Assembly: GCA_036172245.1 (NCBI GenBank)
Contig: JAYWIR010000002.1
Location: 2,666,001 to 2,730,000, forward strand
DNA from: Raillietiella orientalis
Lineage: Eukaryota
Reading direction: 5' to 3'
DNA: 64,000 nucleotides
In this document: positions 46,337-59,149 of the stretch, piece by piece
Position numbering within the stretch: the stretch's first letter is position 1
Layout: the number at the start of each line of letters is the position of its first letter
The notes under the pieces: generated by a model
Database searches by the model: none
What the model was told of the DNA's origin: nothing
The model's input: the letters and a program-made list of their open reading frames with translations, nothing else
Made by a program: the position numbers and the translations under genes

Positions 46337-46458
46337 CCGCAATATGCTAAACGGACTTTTGCAGTACAAAGTGAGACAATGAAGGCATCATAAATCGTGT
46401 GACACTTTCCTGTTTTCTGCAAATACCATTTAAGATCTGATATATTAAAGAAGCCCAT
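46337..46458 (-). CDS. JNK: Candidate upstream JNK coding exon (41-aa N-terminal extension MGFFNISDLKWYLQKTGKCHTIYDAFIVSLCTAKVRLAYCG)
   Basis: Open frame ends TGC GG|GTAAGT (consensus donor, phase 2). This joins in frame to the phase-2 acceptor |C ATG of exon 43863. No transcript evidence. Confidence 0.45.
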
Positions 46459-49400
46459 CAAATTTTTCAGCCTCCACCAACCTGCAATCTGCAAACCAAA
46501 GTTGGGAGATGCAATAGGCACGATGCCACGTATGAGTATTAACAACGAAGGGTCGCTGACCATCCTGATGCGACTGTCTTGGTGAAAGACAATTAACGTA
46601 CGTCAAAAATTCGATTTGGAAAACTGAATGGTGATGGGAATGGGGGGGAGGGGAATTGTGCAACAGGTAATCAGTTAGTGCAAAATGAGCCTACATTGAG
46701 CGTCTCGCCCAAGTCCACACGGAATGACACCGACGAGGAACTCCGAAATGCATTTACATAGCAAATAAGTGGCAATGTTCCTTTCGGTGGTTCTTCCTTA
46801 ATGGTAAGGAACTCACCAGGCTACTAACTCGGTGACCGTAGGCGGACTCTGAAGAACAACTTGACCGATCGAAATGGTTACACAATTTGGTCCAGGGGAG
46901 TGTGTGATAATGGGAACGTGTTCGAAGATTTGGTCGGCAACACGAGAGTGCTGGAGGGGCAGTAGTAATATTTCCAACGTTGATAAAGCAGAACTTGAAA
47001 AAAACTTCTTAAAGAATCTAAAATTCAGAAACGAAAAACCTGTTTGTGAAAAACTCCCAGATTCCTGTATTACACTTCGTTGGATAACACGAATTTAACG
47101 GGAAAAAAAGAAAAAAGAGAATTAATGCTGTCATGAGAAAAGAAAAAAAAAATGAATATGCAAGAAACACGAGGTTTATGGGATTTGAAAAAATACGGCT
47201 TCAGTAAAACCGGAGCCAACCAACCAATTTGACTGATTGTATCTAGCGCTGGTCATGACACTGACGATGGCTTGACGATGGCTTTCGGTGCTGAATCATT
47301 GGAATCGCGAGGCACAAACGCCCTCACAAATTCGCCTACTGACTCAGGAATCTGGTTGGAGAACATAAAACTTCTTTTTCAGACAACAGATACGTTAGTC
47401 CAGCCAGCGGATTAGGTAATCTTCAGAATCTCTAGAGTCCTTTTTCCAGCTGATACTACTAAGGATGACTGGACACATCGAAAAGAATACAGGAAAATTG
47501 GCAAAATCAGCGTGCTCCACGAAATTCAAAAGTACTAAAGCAAAGAACAATCAAAGAAAAAAAAAAAATAACCGGAGACGCTTCTGCTATGCTGATTTCA
47601 AATCAGCAAAACCTGAACTGCATCTTCTGTTGGCGATGATGACGATATCTGTATTCGGAACAAAGAACGACAATTTGAGCATTTGATTTAAGTGCCTATG
47701 CAAACACAGACGGCGACGACGTTGGCCACAAAGTGCTCACCGAACGCGATGCTGTGAACTGGGGAACAAAAAAAATACCGAAGCACAGATAGAGGGAAGG
47801 AAGTGATAGCACCAGGAAATATCCATTACAGCACAAGTGGCACCTCACAAAATAGATTATGGAACATATCTATGAAATAGCTAGGTTCTATAATCAAGCA
47901 AGCAAGTGCACCCTATGGCAGTGACACCAGCTTGCATGTCGAAGACGGAGCTTGCATATCGAGAAGAAGGCGAAGGGCATCAAAAAACTCTGCTTACATG
48001 CTTCTGGATACTTTCGTGTTTAGCACTACCATTTCACTATGCAATACTACTGCACGCAGCTTTCAATTCGAATTTCGAATCTGTTATATTAACCATAAAA
48101 TTATGTTTCTTTGGAAACTGCACCATAAAGGCTACCTCGATTTGAACGCTTTCTAGACACACAAATCTTGCTGTCTCGTAAGGGAGCAATCACCGCTTTT
48201 AAATGTATACTTGTGCAGGATATATTCACTGTAGAATGTATTCAATGAATGAATGTTTCCATAATCAGCAGTGTTTTATGATCCCCTAAATTTCAAACAA
48301 GTCGAGCTCACTAAGCGCAGCATTAATTTCTAATGACTGCATTACAATCAGCGAAAGCCACACTCTTATGGATTTGGAAGTTTCGCGGTCCACGCTGAAA
48401 AACAAGAATATCAAGAAATACCTGAAACGAACTAAAGTCGGCATCAATCTTATGAGATATCATCAACAAGAACTGTTACTGCGTGGCCACATGACTTATG
48501 AAAGTGCAACCGGGCACAAGTCTGAAACATGGTGCTAAGCCCAGATGTTCTTAGAGCTGTAACAACCACGCCTCGCCTAGCTAGCAGAGACGCAATGGCA
48601 AGCATCGAGAAATACAAATGGCTTATCAAACAAGGCATCGCTGGAGCAGAAGAAACAGAACACCAATTCGTGGGTATCGTTTGTACTTTTTTTTTCTTCT
48701 TCTTCTAAAGAGGGAATGTTTGCTTGTGACACGGTGAAAATGAGCGAATCGGAAAATTTACTGAACATCTGAAGTGCGAAAAATGAAAAATATCCTCAAA
48801 GCTTATTAGCGGCTCCCTACCGAATGACTGAAAAACGAAAGCCGTCAGTCAGCCACCTTTAAAATAGCTGCTACCAGATTCAAATGGAATTCGTAGCGAT
48901 CTGAATGGTCCAGGTGGTCGAATGCGAAGATTCCACCACCGAGGGTCGAACAGGGCATGGAAAGCCTGGCATCTTCCTCCAGCCGAGCGCTGGATGTGCT
49001 CAAGAAATGTGTACTCAATGTTTGCAAAGTGCCCTGGGGCAATTTGCAAACATTCGTGCTCGTTAACGCCAAACTGGAAAACTGCTCCAAAGTGCACTAC
49101 ACGGACTAATCAAATTAAAGAGCAAGACACTCTTGCAGCACCTCTCTGAAATGCTTGCCAAATGAACCATCACGTGAAACCCACAATTTGCTATTTGGTA
49201 AACCGAGTCCAAATAAGGATTATTGGTGACTATGATACCTATGAAAATGCCAGTTAAGCAACCTTATTTGATGCACATCACATGAAGGCATGCAAAAGCA
49301 ATTGAAGCATCCCATGAATCTTTCCTATCTTCAGGTCATGAAATCTCTCCATTTCATGAATTTAATAACAATTTATGGAAAGCTTGATTGTCCCGCTCGC

Positions 49401-52400
49401 CTGGCTAATGTATCGGCATACGCCATTGCATTCGGATGGCAGTGCAAATAACACATAAATCAGGACAAAACAGTCTCTGCCATGCATGAAAATTTTTCTG
49501 CACAAAACATCGCAGTCCCTCCAGAAAATCTGTTGCAATGAGATTCTAACGAATGTCTGTGAATGCCAGAAGGCGTTTCTGTATTACTACCGTTCTTAAT
49601 GCAAACACATTTGCGCCCCGAATCGGTACACACGGAAATACGGTCTCAGCTTCCTTTCCTCAGCATCCTATTTACTCGTGTTCTTATGAATTCGTCGCAC
49701 GACATATTTGGGGTATAGAATGCTTATAGCCCAGTTTTTCCCCACCACGAATTACAAACGAAATCCTGCACAAAGAAAATTAGTGCACTTTGCACCAAAG
49801 AACCCCGCGCACTGTTTTCAAGAGAATTAAATCAATCAGGACATGAATGAACGCAGTGTCCTCCCTTGCAGACGTACCAGAAACGCCAGACGTAACTTTG
49901 TTAGGCTAATGGCATGTGTTGAAATCTACTCCAAGTTCACGTAGTCTGAATGAAATGCAAAGACTGAGTGCATTATTCACTTTTCATAAATCTTCGGATG
50001 GCCGAATTTTCCTCTCAACGTGCTCTCAACGTATCCGAGCAAAGTACGTTTTCGAACGATGGGTGGAAATTCCCGAATGTAATAAAACGGGTTCATAAAA
50101 AGTTCATATCATGCCTCGAACGAATACTGGATTCTGGGAACCATGCGAAACGACGGGAAACCCCTGAAAATACGTGGCCCTACTAAAAAAAAAAAAAAAA
50201 ACGAAACCGAAACTGCGAGATGAATTTTTGAAATCACTAAATTGAACGAATGGGAAACATGAAAGCATGATCGCACCAAAGACTGTTTCAGGAATTTTTT
50301 TCAAATGAAAACGAAACGTGCGGCAAGCCTGAGTCCAACAGAAGAAGGAAATTGGGCATTAGATTAAAATATATACATATACATACACAAGGTCGAACTT
50401 CAAAGAATTGTGGTAACGTTTTTTTTTTTTCTTTTTAAAAAAAAAAGAAAAGCACGCACTCTTTTTATTCTAGCATTAATTCTTTGAAAGATTTTCGGGA
50501 TATGATGATTTGTTTACGGTTTACCTACTTATGTAAGCGAGCCAAAGCACTGCATTGCCTGAATGGACGGAGCGAACACGACGACCACCATCCAGGCTGA
50601 AAGACCTAAAGACCAGACTTGCAGCAAACTCCACGGGAAGGCACGTTCATCTTCGAAAATATGATTTTCTAATTATGGACCCCTGGCAGAACACGGAAAA
50701 TAAATGAGTGATGCTCGCTCACATACGCGGAAGGACAAGATAAATAAAGATTCGTGCTCCATAATAACATGAAGAACATTCTGCGCCACAAAAAACAAAA
50801 AAACAAAAAACAGACTATCGTTTAATTTCTAAATGCTCCTCAGTGCACATACACATGCTCTCGGTTGGAGAATTAGGAAGCCATTTTGCTTTCACGAATA
50901 ACAAGTACTCAGAAGCAGACGATACTGATGTTATTTTCTTCCACTCAAATATGGTTTTTTTTTTTTTTTCTTTCGAAAAAAAAAAACAAAAACAAATGGA
51001 AGCTCAAGAACAGATTGAATTATGCCTAGAGTTGCACTGGCCGCAAAGCTTCGGCGGACTGGGTCAGCAAACTGGGTTCGGCCATGCGTCTGTACAGTGC
51101 TGCACAGTACGGTCTGTACGCCTGTTCAGCGAATCGAAGACCTACCACTAAAATTTAGCTTACGGCAGTCTCTTTTCCCTTTCTGGCATGGACAGACCTC
51201 AAATAAGAATCAAAGCGAATGGACTTCGTACAAATGCTGCTGCTCTTTCCCGCTCTTGTGTAGTTCTAAATCCCGCATTTCCTGGGAACCACAGCGTAAA
51301 AATTTTAGATTCTGCCGTCACAATTCAGGCAAACAATTTTTCCTGATTCCACAATGGTGATTTTCCATCTTGCAATTCGAAACCAAGGCCGCCACCATCC
51401 TCCTCCACAAAGCAGCACGTGCCCACACAACCACCTCCACGATTTTCAGTTGCTAAGTATGTTGGATCTTCTCTTGCTGCTTGGGGACGGAACGAGAGTA
51501 GGGGGAATTATGAAATGAGAATAGGGGAGGAGGGGGGGGGGACTCTAATGATATGACAGTAACAGATTATATTTGTGTCATCCGTTCTGCCATTCCGTTT
51601 GCTAACGTGTTGAAGATACGTGAATACAAAGTATTCACATGTCTTCAGCCTATTGAACTCGCGTTTTGAGGGAAACGGACATTTATTTTCCGTCGGTGCT
51701 AGCGAAAGCAAAAGAAACAGCTCCTTGAACGAAACACTGGTGTCATACCGTAAAGAACACTGCACGACCAAAAGTACACTTACTTCTGACAAACATTTCT
51801 TATGCATACACACACACACAAAAAAAAAATCCCTTAGCTGCACTTTGAGTTGGTTAGGATGGTCTACGAATCCCTGAGAAGCGTGGAAACTGATTTCAAA
51901 GGGGAAAAGTCAACTGTGTTATGGCAGATCAATAAGCAATAACTCTTTGCACGGTTTCTGATAAAAATTGTCGACCCCTGACCCCTTGAACTCGAAGCCT
52001 TGAACACCCACGGTGTTCAAGGCCCCAGAATCGGATTCAATCCGAACTCTTACTGTGTTGCAGCACTCAAACCAACTGAAGAACGCTGCTGTTCTTCGTT
52101 CATCATTGGAGTAATGAGTGTACTTCTTCTTGGCAAACATTCCTTGGTGTGCTCATGACACACACTGAATGTGCACTGCTATTTTCCTGAACTGAAATGG
52201 GATTTCGAAAATTCAACGCAGATCCAGAAACCACCGTTTGCTTTTCAGCTTGGTGGAAATGAGGGCATGCTTATTGAAAACAACATATGAAATGACCACA
52301 CAGCACATTTATGGAAAAGGAAGAAAACAAAATTGGCAAATGGGAACTTCGGTTTTCCCTTGATTCAAAAGAGGAAAAATTCAGGATCCCGATTCCCAAG

Positions 52401-53808
52401 CATCGAGAGAGACTGGACTCCAATCACGCGACGAAACGAGGATCACAACTGCGTAACGGGAAACAGATATATACCTCCGATGTGTGCGTTCGCGTACACA
52501 GGTTGCCCTGCGTGTGTACTGTACGGTGCGACCGGAAATTCAAATTCCTATCTTCGCGCGGAATCGCAACGGACACGCGAATGGGAACTTTCGGAGGTGT
52601 CACCGAATCACAGCATCCGATCAATCCCCGAGGGGAAGGGGAAAAAAATTTTCTTCTTCGCAACCACGCGGTGGAAAATGGAAGAAACGAAATGAAAAAG
52701 GCGATGGAACAACGCAAAGAAATCGGAATCGAACTCGGTGCACCCACAGGCGTGATCTCTACGTGTTCCCGACATGGGAAACAACAAAAACACACACGCA
52801 CGCACACACAAAATTCACAGAAACCTGGGCAAACCATCCACGCTGGAATGTGACATGTTTTGGCACGAACCATTTTCGGATGCTCTCAAAATGCAGGAAA
52901 AAAAAAAAAAAACAAACAAATTTCACAAGGAACCAGGACCTGTTATCGACCAACCTTTGAGGTTTATGGAACCGGGGAGCACGTTGGAACCGTACGGAAG
53001 GAATACGGCAACCCCGCAACTGCGACCAAAATGCTGAGTTTCTGAGAGGTGGCACGACTCAGCTTGGTCGGAAAGTCCGGCAGACAAACAAAATTACCAA
53101 ATGTCGATCATCACGCGAGCACCCAACTGTTCTTATGGAACTGCTTCAACTGTCACACATAACACACATCACCAGCAACCATGATGGCATACAGCGCTCA
53201 AGGGAAGGCTTCATGGTGATCGTCACTCGGCTGCGTGAAGCTCGATAAAAGTACATGCGCAATGCGTTTCCATTGTAACATAATCTTCAGTGCAATGCGC
53301 TCAATGATTTTTTTTTTTTTTTTTTTTTTTTTCTTCCTAGGAACAGGTAGATGCTGCAATTTACACAGAAAATGATTAAAGCCAAATCCAGCCCTCTCAA
53401 AAAAAACAGAAAATTTTTTTTTTTTGAAACAGTAAATCATTTCTGCCGTGCCGTTTGGACTGGCTGCCTTGTCAGCTATTAGTCATGCTGAAACACCGGG
53501 ACCAAAGATACCACACACGAATCTCGATGCATTCCCCTGGAAACCGAATTCACTCATCCTTTCCCTCATACACTCACGTAGTATGCAGAAAATGCGAAGG
53601 GACAGCTTTAATAACTGCATCTTATTGACCACGTAAGACGGAAACTAATTGCTTTACATTTCCCGCAAAGTATCTTTTTTACCGTTAATGAAATGAATGA
53701 TGGGTTTACATAAATCACTAAATGTTTGGGAAGAAAATCACGCACAATGCTTTGCGTTCAAAACGATTCATAGGCAGAATAAACAACACTGCATCAGGTT
53801 TTACAAAT

Positions 53809-53814
53809 TTTATT
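53809..53814 (-). terminator. Candidate AATAAA polyadenylation signal of STAMBP
   Basis: TTTATT on the + strand ~60 nt past the stop codon. Confidence 0.6.
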
Positions 53815-53873
53815 TGCCTTGTTCTGGAAATGCTTGATGATGATATTTGAAAATTCCGATTCTCGATTGAAAA

Positions 53874-53939
53874 TCACGTTTTACGAAAATCTGCTATAGT
53901 CAAGGACAGTGACTCCCTTACAGCAATATGTGATGGTTC
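53874..53939 (-). CDS. STAMBP: STAMBP exon 9 ([21 protein letters not shown])
   Basis: ttgcag| acceptor; TGA at 53876-53874. Confidence 0.92.
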   Translation of the reverse strand, partial: EPSHIAVRESLSLTIADFRKT

Positions 53940-55519
53940 CTGCAAGCAAGGCAGATTTTGCTTTTGAGTTAAAAACATACTTACTTCATAGAGAAGACCA
54001 TGGGAGTCCTCATGTTGGTGAAAACCAGATTTGGTACAAGCACCAATAACAGCCATTCCTAGATCTTTGGTTAAACTATAATATCCTGTCCTGTGTATCC
54101 AACAAATCAGGCAACACAAATCCAAAAACATAGAAAACTCACTGGTTTGCAGCAGGGGCACAAACAACAGCAACAGCCTCAGGTAACATAAGCTGATAGC
54201 TCCACTGAGTATGCAGATCTACACTGGACATGAAGGCTGTTTGCGTGGGATGAGTCTACAAAAGATTATGCATATCTGAGGAAATCCAACTAACATGAAT
54301 CCATCCCAAAGTAAGGAGACTATATCTATCCTGGTATGTAAAGAGCTGCTCTTCATTCTCTGTAACACAAGAATCAGCTGTGCCTGACTGTTGGGGTACC
54401 AAGAGATGTGTTACCATCAATTCATCACAGCTCTAAAACAAATCATATCAAATCTTTCACTTGTTTTTCTCACCATGCTTCCTGCTAGCACACCACAAGT
54501 TTCTATGTCTCTAGCAGTATTTCTCTCTGCCAGATCCAAGAAACACGGGACTAATTCTCCAGGTAAGACCAAGATTCTTAGCTCATTCAAAGCTGATGGT
54601 GCACCAAGCAGAAATGGAGGTTTTGTATGCCTATCAAATGAAGGTTGACGAGAATTCTAATCACATATCCTCAAGTTAGAAATTAAATTAACTAAACAAA
54701 GTAAGCATAAAGCTTACAACTGTGCTGACTGGTGGCTTCAAGGAACGTAAAGGGATGCTAGGTTTAGGAAGTGCTTCAAAACTAGATAGATCAGATAGCT
54801 TCTCACTACAGAAAAGATCAGCATGGGGATAAACAATATCATCAATATCTGGTCCGGGAACACAAGATGCCTTTGGTTGACTATTTTCCAAAATCTGAGG
54901 TACCCAAGATCTTTCTTCCAAATAGTCGGCTACATTTTCCGCTATTTTTGCATCAGTTTTCACATCTGATTCCTCTGGCTTGAGAGCACTGTTTTGATGA
55001 TCATGCTGATGCTGCAACTTGGGTATGTTTTTTTTCAATAGCATAAACTAACAACCTGTGCATCTAGGGCATCTTGATATTCTTTTTCATAGCACTTCAG
55101 AAGATTTTGTTTTAAATCATCTGCTTTTTTCAAAATGGGTCTGAACTCTGGTTTTAATTTTTGGTATAACTCATCAGTTACTAAGTAATCAGGATGTGTT
55201 TGAATTTTTTCTAAAAATAAGCTGATTTTTCTTTTTTTTATAAGGCATCAAAAATAAAAGTTCACTTACATGAGGAATCGTAAGTATAAAACATAAGTTT
55301 TTTCTAAGCTTCCTTCAGCTTCATAAATTTTTGCCTGCCTCAGCATCTCATTACCAGATCTATAGTACCTGAAAAACTTTATATCTACCATGTTTACTAA
55401 AAAGAACAAATATCTTAAATTGGAAGCAAAACCAACCTCTTCACTGGAACATTGAAATCAACTTGCACTTCAGCTTCCGAACACAACTTCTTCATTCTCT
55501 CTTTTGGATGTAACACCAT
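53874..55519 (-). CDS. STAMBP: STAM-binding protein / AMSH, K63-specific JAMM/MPN+ deubiquitinase, spliced gene, ~415 aa
   Basis: Exons 55519-55437, 55368-55270, 55221-55056, 55011-54718, 54656-54474, 54432-54295, 54255-54143, 54090-53985, 53939-53874 total 1248 nt, all GT-AG and phase-consistent. N-terminal MIT/USP8-dimer-like region ([52 protein letters not shown]), SH3-binding [27 protein letters not shown] motif [20 protein letters not shown], second Zn site C..SGFHQH, C-terminal TIADFR. Confidence 0.96.
53985..54090 (-). CDS. STAMBP: STAMBP exon 8 ([35 protein letters not shown])
   Basis: acacag| ... |gtaagt. Confidence 0.94.
54143..54255 (-). CDS. STAMBP: STAMBP exon 7 ([37 protein letters not shown])
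   Basis: tttgtag| ... |gtgagt; JAMM Zn ligands. Confidence 0.95.
54295..54432 (-). CDS. STAMBP: STAMBP exon 6 ([46 protein letters not shown])
   Basis: ttttag| ... |gttagt. Confidence 0.94.
54474..54656 (-). CDS. STAMBP: STAMBP exon 5 ([13 protein letters not shown]...[20 protein letters not shown])
   Basis: attag| ... |gtgaga; start of the MPN domain including the catalytic Glu (ETCG). Confidence 0.93.
54718..55011 (-). CDS. STAMBP: STAMBP exon 4 (linker, [12 protein letters not shown]...[15 protein letters not shown])
   Basis: ORF-track 54688..55044 frame; ttgcag| acceptor (in-frame alternatives at +/-6 nt); |gtaagc donor. Confidence 0.85.
55056..55221 (-). CDS. STAMBP: STAMBP exon 3 ([12 protein letters not shown]...[24 protein letters not shown])
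   Basis: aatcag| acceptor; the donor could alternatively lie 3 nt further (exon end 55053, gttagt). Confidence 0.9.
55270..55368 (-). CDS. STAMBP: STAMBP exon 2 ([32 protein letters not shown])
   Basis: tttttcag| ... |gtaagt. Confidence 0.93.
55437..55519 (-). CDS. STAMBP: STAMBP exon 1 ([27 protein letters not shown])
   Basis: ATG at 55519; donor AG|gttggt. Confidence 0.88.
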
Positions 55520-58498
55520 GCTCAATTTAAACTTTGTAACAGCACAAGAATTAACATAAATGCATGAAGGCTAAAAAAGTACAAGATCCAATTAATTTCA
55601 CAATCACACAAAAAGTTTAATTTTCAAATCCAAATCCAGACTATTTAAGCTAGTTCTGGGAGCCTACCACAGTAAGATAAGAAAACGTTAATAATAATGT
55701 TACATTTTACTAAAAAGCAATCTATAAGTACTTTGTTGATGGTTTTTTAAACCAACAAAATGGCTAAAGGCTAATGTCGACCGAGAATTTTATTTATAAA
55801 CATCCAATTCTGAATTGAACAAACATCTCACTGCAACCACTTGCGAAGATACACTACGAACAATACGTTACATAGAAAGGCATGTACAATAAAAACGTTG
55901 CTTTATGATTATCACTAACATGGCACAGGTATTTCTTGAGCTCATTGATACGCATAAGCACAACAACACACGTGACTTCTTTGATGTTTCACGATTTAAT
56001 TTCACTTTTTTTCTTTTTTACACCTGTTCCATATTTTGAAACAAAAGTACAGATATAATGCATCAAATATTTTAATTCCATTCATTTCATGCAATCAATA
56101 GTTGGCAAACATCATTAAATGCATAAATTCTCCTACCAGACTTTTAAGTTAATGAAAAAGTGCTGAATTTTCGACCTAATTTTAAGTGCACCTACTTTAA
56201 CGATAAAAGATTTGAGGAGAAATCTTCAGTAAATCTCAAAAATGATCATCCATGGGGGTTTCGGTTGAAACAACTTATTTCGGCAAGAATCAAAGTTGAG
56301 TTCGACAGAACCCAATTGAGAATAGGTTAACACATGTACACCAGGTAACTCGGTACTTACAATAAGGGGAAAATGAACTTCTTAAGAATCATGTCGGGGT
56401 ACATGTAGAGCACATTTGAAAATCATGCTGTCACAATTACTCCATGAATGACAAGGTTGATTTATGCATTTTCCATCATGTTTACTACCTCGATGGTTTC
56501 GCAAACAAACGCGCTACATAAACGCTACTCTGTCTGTTGGGATTACTCGTGTCCCCTACTAACTTCAATACTAACGCAGGCTGATAAATCTCAAGGGCTG
56601 CTTCAATGTAAACAAGGCTATTACAGCATTACTTCTTATTTTGCAACTCATTTGGAACACTCCCCAGAGCATAAAACGAACGAATCTCAGGTGCTCCAGG
56701 ATCGCTCTTTCTAAACAGATACCAGAACACACACACAATCTACACATTTAGCATGCAAGAAATTTGCTGATAATTTTGACATCAGAATTAGAGCAATCAT
56801 AAAGGCAATAGGGGAGCAAAAGAGTTCCGGAAATCGTTCACGGATTCTCCGAATACAAACGTGGATCCTAATTACTTCCCGATTGCTTTAAGATTCAATT
56901 GAGTTCATCTTGGGTTTGCTGAGTATTCACCATAGGGAAAGTGTGAATTTAGTTTACTTGCGTAGATATGCCTGTGTTCTACATTAAAAAAAAAAAATCT
57001 ATTCTATAGGGGGTTTAATATCTAGGTAACAAGTACATACAAGAATTGCGATGCAATAGTTTAAAAAATATGCAGTAGTTCAAATGGATAATATATCCTG
57101 TCAAATAAAATACAGGTAAAATACAATAGTTTCAGGATTTGTTCCGAGCAAACTTTCGTGGTGCAATGGGCTATACGGTATAAACCTGTCCTCAAGCAAA
57201 ATTTATAAAATGAGCCACTTAACTCCAATTAATGTACTACACTAGAAAAATAGTCACATGCCGGCCGGTAAATAAAAATAAGAATGTATCAGAAAGCCAT
57301 TAAGTTTTTACCCAAAACATTTATTCTAGGTTTTTGCAAAACTGCTGGTGACCACGACAGTTGAGAAGTTGGAAATCTTGCTCTTATCAGCTTTCAATGT
57401 GACGCAAATTCATCTAAGCATGCAAGTGACCTGAAATTTTTAGATGGTTTTAAAGCTTCATTACGTTTCCTTTTCGTAATAAAGCAACAAAATCTTATGA
57501 ACTGTTTCGGTAAAACGGGATGTCTTTGAATAAAAAATTGAACGTGTGACCACCAGGAATTTGAATAATTTGTTCTATATTTCCGATATTAGCCTTTTTA
57601 ATGTGCAATGAGATTAGTTATCCGTTGAACCCCAAGATAAAGGCACACATATGTTATCAAGGATTTACAATTGCCCACCAAAGAAAAAAAAACAGTAGGA
57701 TCAGATAACTGCTGCTGATAAAAATATTCCTAATTCCTAATTACCAGTTGTGACACGTGCAAGGGAATACAGCATATAGACTGCTCATAGATAACTCTGT
57801 TGTAGTGAGCACTCTATGATGAAAGTGATGTGCCTAATGAAAGACAAGTTTGCAGTCATCCTATAAAATATGCTTGAAATGCATTTTTTTTTTTGAAAAA
57901 CCCAAAAGTTTGATACGTGTTAAGATACTCTGCTCAACCGAAGCGGGCAATCAACTTGGATATATGCTTTCCCAGATTGTGTGCAGATTGTTTCCTCTGA
58001 TCTTCGGTCCATCTGTACAAATCCAAGGGAATTCTTGCCCTGTACGTTGCTTTCTGAGCAGTACATTGGTTTTTACGAAACACGTTTGGAATACGTGATG
58101 GAATTTCGAGCCACTTTTCTATCTTGATTCAGTTATTGCTCGGTTCATGTCCTTTTTTGATTCACGGGAAATTGCAGGAATTTGTGGTAAAACCACCAGT
58201 CACCAAATGCTCCACAAAGCCTCTGTTGATGAATGAAAAAACATGGAACTGAAACTTATCATTAATAGCAACTGAAAAAATCTTTCGATGAAACCATTAC
58301 GGGAAAAGTCATATGCTTAAAGGAAAAGAGAAGTAGGATTTCAATTTGTTGGAATTCGCTTTTGAAGATACATTTGAGGGCAAAAGGGATTCTCAGCAGA
58401 AAGCATTCAAACCAATCAATCAGACTGATTATCGAAATAGCTTCAGCATTATGTCACAGCTGTCTTATCACTCCGAATGATCTCGGGATCATGATGGC

Positions 58499-58798
58499 GG
58501 CATTCAACAATCTCGCAGTCATCCTCCAACACTGAACCCGACGGAAGCAGGAATGAGGTCTACCGTCCCAACCATGTTCTTCTGACGTGCAACGCTACTG
58601 AAGAACCAACATACGCCTTGAAAAGGCACTTCGACATTTTCAATCAGCAGCACTCAACAGTCTCTCTGCCATCCGCTAACACTTAGCTCGACAGAAGAAG
58701 GAATGAGGTCTACCGTCCCAACCATCTTCTCCCGATGTGCAACGCCACTGAAGCACCAACATACGACTTTGAAAGGCAATTCGAAGCTTTCCATCGGC
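58499..58798 (+). repeat. Tandem duplication, two copies of a 150-bp unit
   Basis: GGAATGAGGTCTACCGTCCCAACCAT at 58550 and 58700; the units align without gaps. Confidence 0.9.
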
Positions 58799-59149
58799 GG
58801 GTGAATTCCAAGCATGCCGCCAAGTTTACTTGATTGGTGTTATCTTGGGACTTGAGCAGCTATTAGTATATAATATACTCTTCTGTCATCGGGTAAAATA
58901 GCGCAATTGCTAGGTGTCACTGCGAACGCGTGCGTGCTTGCGTACGTTTGGAGTAAATTTAATGTGTGTTGGAGGGTTGGCACGAGTTTTCCCGAAACTA
59001 TTTGCAGAATGCCTTGACTGCAAACCAACATGAGACATGTGTTCTTATATCACAGAAAAGTATGCACTTGCCAAGAATTAAGATGAATCATCATGATTAT
59101 TTGCATTGAAATTTTTCCATTCTTAGATGTTGCTCCGAAATAAAAAATG

